A DNA stretch of 64,000 nt from Octopus sinensis (GCF_006345805.1 NC_042997.1:52328001-52392000); one strand, 5' to 3'; positions 1 to 13,845 are shown, numbered from the stretch's first letter. Made by a program: numbers and translations. Notes: generated by a model not told the origin, from the letters alone.

Positions 1-1740
1 ATAGCCATTATATTTTATATTTAGTACAGGCACAGTCACAGTTGTGTAGTTAGAAGCTTGCTTCAGCACAATGTAGTTCCAGATATTCACTCTCACTACT
101 TGGTACCTTGAGCTGGTTTCTTTTATCATCACCTTCAATTGAACAATACCTTGTGAGTAGAAGCATATGAGGTGTGAGTGTTCATGCATGTATGTTTGTA
201 TGTTATGTTTTATGTTCATACACTATATCTTGCTACAGTGCATGAACATAAAATATTAACATAAAGGAGAAAAACAAAAACAATTCCTTGAGATATTTGT
301 TCTTCATTGAGTTACAGATGCCTGCTGGTCATTCCTACTGTTACAAAATGAGCCAAGGTGTCACACAATGGGATCAAACCAGGAAGCTCATAGTTGAAGA
401 ACAAACTTTTTAACCACAATGTCATGTCAACATTCATATATAAATAACCAGTATGTTAAATCCTTCCCGTGTGTTTTCTGATAGTTTTTCACAACAGATA
501 TTTATGACAGATAACAACTACTGTATCATGTTAAATCTTGTAATATTTTCCTTTTTGGTCTTGTGGCAAGTAATGAGAGTTAGCTATTTACAATTAGTCA
601 GAAAATTTTATGATGGCATTCAGAGTTCCATACGTTCTACTAATTTTTCTAATCCCACCCCACTTAATACAATATCTACCAATAAGATACTGAATTAGAT
701 TTAATCAAACTAACTCATCTTCTTCATTTATTTTTACTGTAGTTGCTAATATTGTTTTATTATCATGTTTTTGTAACATTGAGCTTTACTCTAATAAAAA
801 TACTAACACTATAGATATATTTATTATAGCTGATCTTATTTATTCCAACTAATATTTGCTTTGCTGCTATATGAAGATCTGTCAGATATTTCTGGTAAAG
901 GAAATAATGAGATGTTTGTGTTTGAGAACAGAAAAGAATAGAATAGAGTAACAGCAATTCACTAGTTTATTTTGACACTTTGTTAATCTTCATCCTGCCT
1001 GGAGCATCCTTATTGCTTTGTGCATCCTTATGTCAATGTTAAGAATTGGTTGGCAGCTGCTGCTGTTTAGATTAGTTGAACATTTCATTTGATATTCAAT
1101 TTGTCTCTATCTCATTCACTCACTCTCTCCCTCACACACACACACACACACATACACAAACACACAGCATGATAAACAACAAAAGTTAAAGATAATACCA
1201 GGGGCAAGGCTATGCATGCTTTACAAAAGCTCTGAATGAATTTTAAATAACAAGGGAATACAAGCCTGCTACTGATTGAGTTGCGTGTGAAAGAGTTAAA
1301 GAGTTGGATTTTAAAATCTCCTTTGGTTCAACAGAAAATTGTGATTAAATTTTGGGATTAATCTCATAATGGTAATCAGTCTGTGTATGTGTTTGTGCGT
1401 GCGTACTTGTCACATCACAACATTTTCAGAATTATTGTTTGTCTCTCTGTTCATCTGTTATTGTGCAACTTAAATCATTCACTTGCAGCATTTACTAACT
1501 AATAATAATGTGTGTAGTGGGTTGACATGTCAGTAGAGTATTTAGGTTTAGAAGATCTGAAAGGTCTGTCCTAGAACTAAGTACATAGTTTGAATAATAA
1601 AGTTTCAGAAGTCTACATCTGTGTCTGGAATCTATAACATTGATCTTAAATCCCTGTCTGATTCCGTAAGACTGCTGTGTATGTGCAGCATGCACCCAAG
1701 TTTATATATATACCGCGTGTGTACTGTTGGCGATTTTTTC

Positions 1741-1900
1741 TTTTCCTCTGTCTTCCCTTCTCTGGATCTTTCCTTCTATGTTTCCGACGAAGAGCTCCGC
1801 TCGAAACGTTAAACCCTCCTTCTTTCCTGAGCGTCCAATAATACTATATTTGTTCCACGTCCTCGCGTTGTTGTGTTTTTTTGTGCTTTCATGTTTGGAT

Positions 1901-1935
<35 letters not shown>
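1741..1935 (+). mobile_element. Penelope-like element terminal-repeat (pLTR) fragment, copy 1, ending in (TA)n
   Basis: Repeated at 37453-37670. Carries GACGAAGAGCTCCGCTCGAAACGTT, the pattern typical of PLE termini (hammerhead-like core). Confidence 0.6.
1780..1814 (+). ncRNA. Minimal type I hammerhead ribozyme-like motif
   Basis: GTTT-CCGACGA-A-GAGC(TCC)GCTC-GAAA-CGT-T-AAAC: stem I GTTT/AAAC, core CCGACGA (a variant of CUGANGA), stem II GAGC/GCTC, GAAA, and palindromic AACGTT as stem III. Confidence 0.55.
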
Positions 1936-1938
<3 letters not shown>

Positions 1939-2119
1939 TAATTCTCAGTCTTATCATTAGTGGTGCGAAGCTGAGTATTACCGTTTTGGTTGATAACTGA
2001 TGAAGAATTAGAGACCCTCTGTGTCTGTCTCCCACCCAGTTGTACACTCAGTATACATATATGTTTTTCATCTGTCGTTTATTTACAATGCATTTTTTCA
2101 TTTATTAAGTAACAGTATG

Positions 2120-2178
<59 letters not shown>

Positions 2179-2813
2179 TATACATACATAGATATGTGTG
2201 TTTGGAGATAAGTATGTCAAGTTCGCAACTCAATCTTGATTAATAACCGGAGCCACTTCAATTGATTTATGTATTAAATGCTTTCAGAAAAGACTTGATT
2301 GTTGTTACAGCATCTCATTTCCCTTTCAATATATTTCTAATTTCACATGCAGAAATATGAAAAATGATGAGTATTTTTTGATATAGGATAGTAAAAATAT
2401 TAGGTGTTTTACATTTCTCATTTGGTGCCTGAGATTTTCACATTGATATCCCACTGGAGTAAACTCTACATTTCATGTTTATGGAATCAATAAATAAACA
2501 TCAAAAATATATACTGATATCAATTATAACAATTGGCCTTCTGCCCATTCAAATAAAATCATTATTAGTGTAGTTTTATAGGAATACATTGATACATACA
2601 TACAACAACCAGAACCGTCTAACATTATTTAATTGCATTTGATAAATTAATCTTAAATGGTGCATGGCATAACTGTGCACTTTTGTGTTTGCTATTAACT
2701 TATTGAAATACTGAAACCAGATACATAAGATTAATCCTTACCCGAAAGTATACATATATTTATTATATATGAGTATGTGTGTGTGTATGTGTATATATAT
2801 ATATATATATATA

Positions 2814-3198
2814 GGTGCAGGAGTGGCTGTGTGGTAAGTAGCTTGCTTACCAACCACATGGTTCCGGGTTCAGTCCCACTGCGTGGCATCTTGGGCAAGT
2901 GTCTTCTGCTATAGCCTCGGGCCGACCAATGCCTTGTGAGTGGATTTGGTAGACGGAAACTGAAAGAAGCCTGTCGTATATATGTATATATATATATATA
3001 TGTGTATATATGTCTGTGTTTGTACCCCATGACAACCGATGCTGGTGTGTTTACGTCCCCGTCACTTAGCGGTTCGGCAAAGAGACTGATAAAATAAGTA
3101 CTGGGCTTACAAAGAATAAGTCCTGGGGTCGATTTGCTCGACTAAAGGCGGTGCTCCAGCATGGCCGCAGTCAAATGACTGAAACAAGTAAAAGAGTA
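2814..3198 (+). mobile_element. tRNA-derived SINE, family 1 (near full length)
   Basis: Head GG(T/C)GCAGGAGTGGCTGTGTGGTAAG...GGTTCCGGGTTCAGTCCC with A/B-box-like motifs, internal (TA)/(TG) tract and 3' end GACTGAAACAAGTAAAAGAGT. Nearly identical to the copies at 43883, 54673 and 59845. A degenerate copy follows at ~3205-3615. Confidence 0.85.
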
Positions 3199-4199
3199 TA
3201 TATAGGTACTGGCATACAGACAGCTGTGTGATTAAGAATCTCCCTTTGCAACCATGTGGTTTTGTGCTCAAATCCCATTTGTGACATCTCAGGCAAGTTC
3301 TTCTACTGTAGCCTCAGGCCAACCAATGCCTTGTGAATGGATCTGGTAGGCAGAAACTGTACTGAAGCTCATTGTAAGTGCGTGTGTGTGTGTACATGTT
3401 CTATTGTGTTTGTCTTCCACCACCACCACCATTTGACAACCAGTGTTTGTTTACTTATGTTTCCATAACTTAGTAGTTTAACAAAAAAGACCAATAGAAT
3501 AAGTACCAAACTTTTAAAAAAGAATAAAGTACTGGGGTCACTTTGTTTGACTACAATCCTTCAAGCTGGTACCCCAGCATAACTGCAGTCCGGTGACTGA
3601 ATCATGTAAAAGAAGAGATAAAAGATACATATCAATTTACTTGTTTGCAGTATCCCATTTATAAGAGAGAGAGTTAGGTAGCATATAGAAGCTTTTTTGG
3701 TCTAGCTTACATATTTTCTTTGAGACTGGATTCTACGCTCTTTTATGCTAGTAAATTTCAGTTATCTACTTGAAAAAAATTATTTCTCTTACCACTCTGA
3801 ATATTCCCCAGCTACAGAAAAGAAAACTCTAACTGATCAGTTATGTTCTGTTAGTGATAGGCCTAACAGGCTTCCCAGTTTACCTCACTTCCTTGTCGTT
3901 GTGTTCTTTTGATAGAGTTTAAGTCAGTTAAATTGTAACTCCATCAGTTCTACATTGACTGCTCTAAGGGAGTTAAGTGGATAGCAAATTAACATCTTTC
4001 CTGAGTAAATCAATCCACATCACTCATACAACTAAAGCCAACGACTTCAAAAATCCCAAGTAATTGTAGTGATTTATTTTCCTTATACTGAGCACAAGGA
4101 AAATCACTACTAGCAGTATCACTACAAAATTACCCACCATCTCTAACTAGAAGGAGCGTATCCTCTAAAGCTTTTAAGATGTCAGTTTAGAAAGTAAGG

Positions 4200-7100
4200 G
4201 ATTTTTTCATGCATCTCACAGCCTGTAAGATCTCACCTCCAAAACATAGGTCACCATTGGATGAAAGTACAGCATAGAGGTGAGGTTTTCAACAGTAGAG
4301 GATGAGCCAAGAAGCACTTCCACAAAAATCTTAATGAGTCACGAACTGATCCTCAAACTAAACTAATCTACCTTAGTTGAAGGATAATAAGAATTAAGAT
4401 TGTAGACATCTCCCCAGAAGGAAAGATCTTTTGGTTGTTGATAGCTGTATTGTTTGACATATAGGACAAAACTCGATATTTTGCGGGACCAGAGGCTGCA
4501 GAAACAAAATTGATTAAGCCAAAGGATGAAAATATTAATCTAAATGGATCACCCAGGCGTGGAATCCATCCTGAACTTGATTCACCAGATGACTCGCAAT
4601 TATACATGGTCATTGAGGGCAGAGAGCTAAGATGTCACTTGTGTGATGACAAAAACCAAGGTTTTCTATCCACTGCGAAAGAGGCGAGAAGCAAGTCTTC
4701 ATCACCATCACCACCACTTCTGCCGCCGCCATCACCACAACGGGGGAAAACAGGGAGAGGACCAACAGTAATTTGCGGCCCCATCAGCAAATGCAGCACT
4801 AAAAACCAACAGCCACCAATTAGTAATAATAATAGCACCACCACCAACAACAACAACAGTGGAAACAAAACAACAAACACTGCTCTTAAGGGCTATCACA
4901 TCACCAACTGCAACTGAAAGCTTCCAAACGAATAACAATTGAATAAAATGACAATGACCCCCAAGACATGCTATTCAGACATATCGTGTGGCGAAGGTAG
5001 CGGGGAAGAAAATAAATGGCAAAAATTAACAAACAAAAAAAGGGGGAAAGGAAAATAACACGCCAACAAAACAAAACAAAAAAGCTGGGTGATTCAAATT
5101 AATGGAACAGACACTATAAACAACAACAACACTCAAGCTGCCTAAACTATCATCACAATCACCCACAACCATTTCAAACACCAGCCAATTCCATTCTGCA
5201 CCCAAGTAACAACAGTAACAGAGAAACGTCATCAACATCGCGGCCATAAATACAAACAACAACAATTAATGAAACGCATGCATCAATACCAAAATATTAC
5301 TAAAAGTGATTTCATTGCAACATGTATATAAATTATCCAAAAACACAAAATAAATATAACACCATAAAAATACAAGTATGCCAATGGAGGGAACATCAAA
5401 CATGACTTTATAAAGAACTGCTTGTGGAAACACCCACAGTTAGCCTGAGGAACTGAACGTCTGTTCCTTCCACAAAATTAATGTAAATCTTTCTCGTTTT
5501 CCACTTTCTGTCTAACATAGTCTGTAAATACACGTATCCTAGAGACGCCTTGGAAGCAGAGCCAACTGCTCAATAGCATCAGGCCACTAGACATACATGA
5601 GGTGGCCATCATTGAGACAAGAACTTCCGATTCACGAGCTCTCACCTCAATTTTCGCTGGATACAAGATTTACTTACTTGAAAGTCGATCGAGAATGAAG
5701 GTGGGGGTGGAATTTGCTGTGTTGTTTCCAAAAGCTCTGGTTCTCACAATACAGATCATCTTGTTGATTCAGAAGGCAAGTTGGTGTCCCTAGACGTGAT
5801 CGGCAGTGAAGGCCATACCTTCAGATTTATAGCTGTCTATAGCTCAATAGGAAACGAGTGGACAGATTTCTTAAGTGTCTGGAGTGTTTCGTCGGAACCC
5901 AAACAGATATGTGTGGCTTTTCAGCACCACTTCACTCGAGTATTCGAGACGAATGGCAAGCCGGGGATTGCAGAATAGATTTTTTGTGCCTACCTCGATA
6001 GCCTGCCTCAGTACTCGATTTGAGTGGCGGATCGTTGCAAAAAACAGATAACAGCTGCAGAAATACAGAAAACGATGGCTGGCTGCACGGCAGGCTAATC
6101 GTCTCGTTTAGATGGACTGCTCTACGAGCTTTACTTTTGCATGCTAGATTTGTTTACCAACCTTTTACTTGTTATTTACCGTAACTGGCTTCAGAAGGGG
6201 AGTATCCTCTGTTTTATGAGTGGAGGAGCGGTGGAGTTGCTGAGAAAGTACCCAAATAAGCTGGGGACAGAATAATTTCAGTTCATAACTCTGTTAAATG
6301 CAGGTGCTTGTCAATGGTCAATTGGTAATGTGCAAACATACGATATCCAAAACAAGTGTATACATGATAGTTTCTATTTCATGCAATACATCATAGAAAG
6401 ATTAAGTAAGGAATCGGACATGGGTGGGTCCCTGGTCAATTTGGATCGATCGAAGGCTTTCAGTAGGGCCGATCATTAATACTTGGTGGCTGTTCTCATG
6501 GCAGCCAGTTTCATTCCCGCCTTCCGCGGATGGATTGCTGTAGTGGTTATGGTGAATGGTCATTTATCTGAATTATTCGGCATCACGCGATCGATCCATC
6601 ATGGTTTTCCCCTCTCGTCTCTTCTGTTTGTATTAACTCTTGACCCATTACTGCAGAAACTAATGTCATTGAGGGGCAACCTGCTTTAACCAGGATGCAA
6701 AAGAAACGTGCCGTCATAGGCGGTTAACGTTACTGTCTTAGTGTAGGAGTCAAGCTAATCGAGGTAATTGGCACTGCTTTAAGGAATCACGACGCGGTGA
6801 CAGGAGTAAAAATCATCCAAGAAGTTACTGGGCCTGCAGCTTGGCAGCACCTGGAGAGGTTGATTCATGCCGTCCAACAGTGATGTACGGATCTCCAAGT
6901 GGAGAATAACTAGGACAAGGTGACGAACAGAATTGCTAATTTCACACAGAAATGGGCCACAGCTTTCCCCGAAAGGATGAATAGAGGTGGCGAACGCTTA
7001 GATCGCTTTTGTCTTATATTACTGTCTGATCGTTGTGCCTTGCCCAGTTTACGTCTGACCAGGCTGGGGAGTCTGCGCTTCACTTTCTGTGGAAGGGACA

Positions 7101-7770
7101 CGTTGTGCTGGTCAGGTGCTTTATTTGCTGTCAACAGCCCTGAGTGGAGGACTAGGCATGTTGTGGCTGGTGATACGTAGATATGCGCTGAGGCTGCGAC
7201 ATCTCCAGCATTCCTTGGATATTTCCAACAGCTCGTCTCTCTGATAAAGATTGCAGTCCTGGGTCAAGGAAAGATAAAAAATGTGCGCTTGGCATCTGGA
7301 ATGTGGTCAGGTGCTCACAGTCCTGTACTAATTGGGCTGTGCGATCATTGGAATTTCCACTATAGTGTTCTAGAGGATTAGTAGCAACCAAGAGCGATGA
7401 CGTTCTTGGGAAGAACTTGGGCATCGACGAAAATCAACTAGCTGGTCTGTTTGGAGGACTTTTGGGCCGCTGCCCATGGATAATTTCCAAAGATTCCTGG
7501 CCTTACAATACTACCAGTGGAGTATTGCCAGCTCGACATAAACTCGCTGTTAGCCAGGCCTGCCCGAAACGCTCCTTATTGTGATTCCACATTGTATCGT
7601 CCTGTATCGTTCTGATCTTTTAGCGAACCTTAGTGATTACTGAGGAAATTGTCGAGGATCTTTTCTGGTTGGCTACCAATTTTCAATCTCTTCAATTTCT
7701 GTTCGAATTGAGTTTATATTCGGTGTAATGATATAGTTTTATATGCTAGTCAATATCAATGAATAAAGAG
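4200..7770 (+). mobile_element. Degenerate Tx1-like (L1 clade) non-LTR retrotransposon (ORF1 remnant, APE endonuclease, RT)
   Basis: ORF1-like VIEGRELRCHLC at ~4610-4650. Endonuclease-like AIIETRTSD...GVEFAVLF and FRFIAVY at 5600-5840. RT-like SLVNLDRSKAF...VNGHLSELFGITRSIHHGFPLSSLLFVLTLDPLL at 6430-6660, then DLQVENN*DKVTNR and RYALRLRHL. Many stops and frameshifts; AATAAA near 7761. The 5' limit is uncertain. Confidence 0.75.
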
Positions 7771-8299
7771 TTATTAACTTTTAATTTGTTAATTTTGGGT
7801 AAATTTAGCTAATCGTAAGCCACAGACACATTTATGCTTGTTTCCATAGAAACAAGCCAAACATGAGAACTCTTTTGTCTGCAAGATAGCATGAGTGTTT
7901 ACAAATATGTTCTACGCGAAATGTGCCCATTTGCTGCTTGTACCCTGGTCGAGAGATGTGCTAAAAATAACAGCCAAATAGGCCTCAAATCACGAACACC
8001 CATTTTTATGTTTTGGGGGTGGGGGTTGCATAATCGTATGAATTCCCTAGTGTAGAATACAAATTCGCAAAAATTTTCTGAAAATTCAAAAAAATAACGA
8101 AGTTGATTTATTTACAGTGCTATTTTCAGAATATTGGTAATCCATGCTGCCACGCACAAAATGATAGCTTCCAAATCCTGTTTTCTGACTTGGTGAAAAT
8201 TATCAAACTTTCCCCCTATAACTTTTTTTTTTAATTTCTGGAAAAATTGAAATATTTCCAGAGATTTAGCTTGCAAAAAACTACGTTAATACACCAGAA

Positions 8300-8480
8300 T
8301 CATTACCGCACCGGGTAAAATGCTAAGCGGCATTTCGTCCGTCTTTACGTTCAAATTCCGCCTGGGTCGACTTTGCCTTTCATCCGTTCAGGGCCACAGT
8401 CAAGTACTGAGGTCGATGAAATTGACTTATCCCCTTTCCCTGAACTTACTAGCCTTGTGCCAAAGTTTGAAATCATTATT
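8300..8480 (+). mobile_element. SINE family 2 copy (degenerate)
   Basis: AAATGCTAAGCGGCATTTCGTCC...TTCAAATTCCGCC...GTCGACTTTGCCTTTCATCC, shared with the 13846 and 25497 copies. Confidence 0.7.
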
Positions 8481-10059
8481 GTTTTGTTGTTGTCCACAAA
8501 CTCTATAATAAAAATGACTACAGATAGGGTTGTTCCTCCAACCTGGCGTCTACATTCATTCATATTAGTGGCTCTCTCGGTGTATCCCTGGATGAACGGT
8601 TAATGTGACATCGCACGACTGGGCAATTCACGTTCTAGAAATTAGATCTTGCGTAGACAAAACTATACGTATATATATATATAACCCAGATAAATACTTC
8701 CTGCCCAATTGCTTAAAAGTACTTCATGTGTAGTGTTCCTGTAAACAAAGGAAAAATATTGTATTAAAAGTACGAATCGGACAGAAGTTGTAAATTTTTT
8801 CTTCTTATGTATAAGATACGGGTTTCTCTCGTTTATTAGTACATCGTAAATGTTTTTATGAAGTGTTCGTTTTGCATTTTAAAAGTTAATCTTTTGTTGC
8901 AAATATTCATCAACTTACAATTCATTCTGTTTTGTTTTGTTTCTTTTATGGCTTTGTGTGAATGGTAGGTGTGATACTGATGACCTGCCTTATTTTAATG
9001 ACCTTCCACCCTCCACCTCTCCACCACTAAAATATATTATGTGGGTCGAGTTATGCTATTAACTCGACCCACCACCGACCTACCTGCAACTTGCACTACA
9101 ATCCATACCATTATTTAACCTTACTACTAAAACTGCAACGACTATACACATTACATTCAACAGCAGCAGTAGTAGTAGTAGTAGTAGTAGTAGTCGTAGT
9201 TTATATTCTTTTGGTAGAATTACTTCCAGTTTAATGAACTTTAAAGCATTTTTCAATCCTTCGTTGTTTTCGTTTCTTCGTTTCTGTTTTTTTTTTCTTT
9301 CGCTACATTTTTTTAAAAGTCTTAATTACTTGATAATTAAGAGAATGGTTTGATGGCAATTAATTAAATTTTAATTAGTCTCAAATGCTGTGTGATGAAT
9401 AAAAAAAAAGGAAAAAAAATTTCACTAATAATTCACTTTCTCTTTTCCTCCACCTCCTCCGCCTCCTTTGTAAGATGTCACATACAATTTCAGAGAACTT
9501 AGTATACAGCCTTATTCAACCTTTAATCAGTTTGTACTGAGTCACCTTAAAGGAAGTTACACCTCCCCTCTCACTCCTTGAGTCCTTGTGCTTACTTAAC
9601 CCTATGTTATTTTTTGCTTTTAGTTGGGTTTTTTTTTTGTATGTTTGGGTTTTTTCGGCGACGATGTCTTCTTTTCTCTCTCCGTGTTACCCCTTCACAC
9701 CCCAGATTTGATGGTACACACCGACTGACTATTGAGAGGCGACTTAATTATTCTGTACTAAGTGACCGCTTCGGCATTTTTGTCTGGTTATCTTAAATAG
9801 GAGCGATGCGCACGCGAGTATTTGCAATGTTTGTGTCTGTTTATGTGTGTGCACGATCATCAATTGTGGGAATGCTTCGCGCAAACATGACCGTTTCTTT
9901 AACCAAATACGAGGTTCTCTCCAATCTGCTTTGTCTAATATTGTTCCAAAATTTCGATCAACAGATCATATTGGAGGTTATGTCTATTTATTTTTATATA
10001 TATATATTGCTTGGATGAACTCAGCTGATCGTAGTCTTTATAATTCATTACATCCATTA

Positions 10060-10130
10060 CGCCATTTAGCTTAATGGTAGAGTACTAACCTGGAATTTGA
10101 GGAGTACGGGTTACACTCCCGTAGCCGCGT
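10060..10130 (+). pseudogene. Degenerate tRNA-like sequence (SINE head or tRNA pseudogene)
   Basis: TAGCTTAATGGTAG (A-box-like) and GGGTTACACTCCCG (B-box-like), but the acceptor stem does not pair. Followed by a T-run and a family 1 SINE tail. Confidence 0.35.
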
Positions 10131-11763
10131 GCTAGTAATTTTTTTTTCAAGGCGGTGCTCCAGTATGGCCGCGGTCAAATGACTGAAACAAGTAAAAGGT
10201 AAAAGGTACATATGAAGGACCATACTGTATTTACTTTTAGTATACAAAACGTAATACCCTGAGGTATCTTCTCTCAGCCATATTGTTAATGCTTAATGTG
10301 AATTAGTATTTGTGCCTCAAGTCTTTATTATAAATAGATACACGCTAATATACATTATTTTTTTTATTTTCCTCTGTTTTTTAATGCTTGTTTTATTTCG
10401 TTTGAGATAGATAGAGTGTGTGTGCGTCCGCGTGTGTGTGTGTGCCTGTGCGCGCGCTGTCACTGTTAAATTTTTGATATTTGTTGAGGCCCGCATGTCA
10501 ATCGCATGGGGTTTTAAAGATAGAAACGTGAGCAGTTACGGGTTAACCGGCGAACCTCTCTTGGTCGCTCAAACAGAAAAAGACTAAATCTTTGGAAAGG
10601 GAGGACACACACGGAAATGTAAACCTAAATGCACACACACACACACACACACTCACACACAGAGAAAAAATATCCGAGATGGTCAATACAGGAATACCTT
10701 TGATCATAGGTCTGTTCGATAGGGTTGAACAGTAATAATTTATGCATTTATAACCAATTTTAAGAATACAGCCTTACCTCAAGGGTGGGGAAACTACCAC
10801 CAACCACTATAATCCTTGCTGTACTGTATGTAATGAATTCTTCCTGTTCATTGACACACCCACTTTCGGAGCTATGTACCTCATTATTAAATCTCTTCTC
10901 ACCCACATCCACCCGTTGTGGTCTGCCGTTTTCAACATCAAAACATCTGAAACGTTATTGAGTAGACCTGAGTTAAATAAACTCAATTCCTTTTATTAGA
11001 GTTTTACGCCTTTATCCCCTTTTATCTTTCTTTTTCTTTTTCATCTGAATTTGTCATGCAAATTCCCTTTGTGGAAAATCGTGTCTTGTTTCTTAACAAG
11101 CCCCACATAACAGTTTGCTAAACTTGAATGCCAGGAGAGGGAGGAGAAAAATTAAGTTCAGTTTTGCGGTACAATTAACATTTTATACACTTAATTACCA
11201 TGTGTCCATTTCAGAACTTCAAACGTCTTATATATATAAAATCTACATAAAAACGACTGTTTAACTAGATCGATTAATCACGCGTTAATTATATTATTTT
11301 CTTGCATAAATTGTTCAGAATTTTGAGCTTCAATTCCCAAAGTCATCTTTTAGTTTCTCTTTATCTATTCCCTTAACTTTTGCTTGTTTCAGTCATTAGA
11401 TTGCGGCTGTGCGCCGTCTTGAAGAATTTTAGCTGAACAAATAGACCCAGTCTTTATTTATTAAAGCCTGGTACTTATTCTATCAGTCACTTTTGCCGAA
11501 CCGCTAAGTTACGGGGGCCATAAACACACCAACACCGGTTACCATGCGGTGGTGGTGGGCAAACGTACACACATACTTATATATGTACAAATTCACACAC
11601 ACACACATACCCTGCAGCTTCTCGTTGCTGACCCCACCAAAGGGGAGTAATATCGCTAAAGGCATGAAATTGCTACGATCCTTTAGACGATAACTGAACA
11701 GGATTTAGCGACATTCTATGTGTGTACTTTCCATTTATTTGTACTTCTATATATTTTTGAACA

Positions 11764-13480
11764 CGATGCTTGAACAGAGACGTGTTGATGTATGTTGCGT
11801 ACAAGACTTGAGGTGGAAAGGAGCTTCAGCCAGATTCCTCACAGGCTAAGCACATGGGTATAAACTCTTCTGGGAAGGTAATAATGATGGAATAGTGGTT
11901 GTGGGCATCCTTCTTGCAGAGAAATGTGTGGATAATGTCATAGAGGTAGTGAGGGTGTGCAGTACTTAAACTCAGGCTAGTCTTGCAGATTGGTATAGCT
12001 ACAATTATCTCTGCCTACGTCCCACAAGCGGGACTACCAAATGAACAGAAAGATCACTTTTATGATATTCTTCTGCAGGCTACCTCAAAGACGAGTGGCG
12101 ATGATCTCATCTTAGTGACTGGAGATTTTAATGGGCATGTCGGATAGCAACCTGGTATCTTCCATGGTGTACATGGGGGCCATGGAGTTGGTACCAAGAA
12201 TGAAGAGGGAACAAGGCTCCTGGAGTTCTGCAATGCAAATAACCTATTGATCTGCAACACCAACTTCAGGAAGCCAGCTGGACACCTGATAACCTATCAA
12301 TCAGGTGACCCTACTAGGCAGATTGATTTCATTCTCACCAGACAGCGGGATGCATGGTTACTCATAAATATAAAGACCCTCCCAGGTGAGGAATGTACTC
12401 CCCAGCATAAGCTAGTTGTTAGTGACTTTAGACTCGAGGCCAGAAGGATGCCAACAAGCAGACCAATCTGGAGAAGAAGACTTGGAAGCTTAAGAACCCT
12501 TCACATGGTCAAAAATTTAAGGATATCCTTACCGAGAAATTTGTTGAAAGAGAGGACGCGCTACAATCTTGTGACATAGAAGGCAGCTTGGAATTCCTGC
12601 GAGACAGCTTGTTGCCCGCCACAGACCAAATCTGTGGCTAGTGCAAAGTCCCATCCAGATCTAGGGTAACATGGTCGTGGAATAATACTGTAGATAGGGC
12701 CATTAGAGCAAAGAAACAGACCTGCAAGGCCTGGAAGAGTGGGGGTAACAGGATAATGTATCAGATAGCCAAAAGATACGCTAGGAGACAGGTATATATA
12801 GACAAGGGAGTAGCAGAAAAGAAGTTTGCCAATGTTCAGCGACGTGAGGACCAAAGAACTGAAGTATTTCGGATTGCAAGACAGTGTGTGAGAGAAAATG
12901 GTGATGTCATAGGAGAGAAATGTGTCCGCATGGATGATGATTCCCTTACGTTTAATGATTCTGCAAAGAAAGAGGCTTGGAGAAGCCATTATGAAAGACT
13001 TCTGAATGTGGAGAATGAATGGGAGGAGGAGAGTCTGCCAAAGGTTGACCCAATTCAGGCTGGAGGGTATATCAGCCGAAACGTTGTGTTAACAACAAAC
13101 AAGATGAGGCCAAATATCCGTCAAATGTAAATAATGTAAATATTGTGCATAATTCCCCATCTCTTAAATATAGAACTGGAATAACAGAGGAATTCAAGAC
13201 AGGCTGCCCTTGGGAGCTCTTCTATGCTGATGACCTTGCTCTAATAGCCGAGTTACTGTCAGAACTAGAGACGAAGTTTAGGGCGTCGAAGCAAGGTCTA
13301 GAATCGAAGGGCCTTAGGATTAACCTATCAAAAACTAAAGTCTTAGTAAGTAAGAAGGCTATCAAATGATGCTCGGTCTGTAGAAAAGGCGTGGGTAGAA
13401 ACTCCATACGATGTATCCGGTGTAAGCTATGGACACATAAAAGATGCATCAATATCAACGGAAGGTTAACCGGGAAGATA
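11764..13480 (+). mobile_element. Degenerate RTE-clade LINE (endonuclease plus partial RT, internally deleted)
   Basis: MLEQRRVDVCCVQDLRWKGAS, TGDFNGHVG, LLEFCNANNLLICNTNFRK...QIDFIL, then GCPWELFYADDLALIAE...GLRINLSKTKVLV. The central RT is replaced by a foreign segment at ~13058-13175. Confidence 0.85.
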
Positions 13481-13845
13481 GTTTTTGTCTTTTTCATGGC
13501 ACCACAATTTACAGATGCTTACATTTTTTATATTTTCCGTGAAGTTTTCACGGGTCCAGCTAGTACAAATTATAATAAAAGACGCACTGATGATTTTATA
13601 GTTATTTTCACAATTTTCTCAATCACCATCGTTGGTGCGTAGTCTTTTTGCTTTTCATATTGCTTTGTTGGCTTAGATTGAATGAGTCGGTTAAAAAGCA
13701 TCTTTCATTGGCCTAGAAACTATATAACATCCCCACCCCTGAGAGACGCAATATTTCCAGCTCCTTTTTAATCGCATCTTCTTTAGTTCTTGTTTGGTTT
13801 GTCCTTCTCTAATAATCATATTGATGTCCTAAAATGACTACTGTA

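Noticed and set aside
1335-1372. IVIKFWD..HNG|gtaatc, resembling a WD40 exon end of NLE1
   Set aside because: In-frame TAA and no upstream WD40 similarity.
2814-2890. tRNA-like heads of SINE families 1-3
   Set aside because: A/B boxes are present but there is no complete cloverleaf, and each continues into a repeated SINE body, so they are not tRNA genes.
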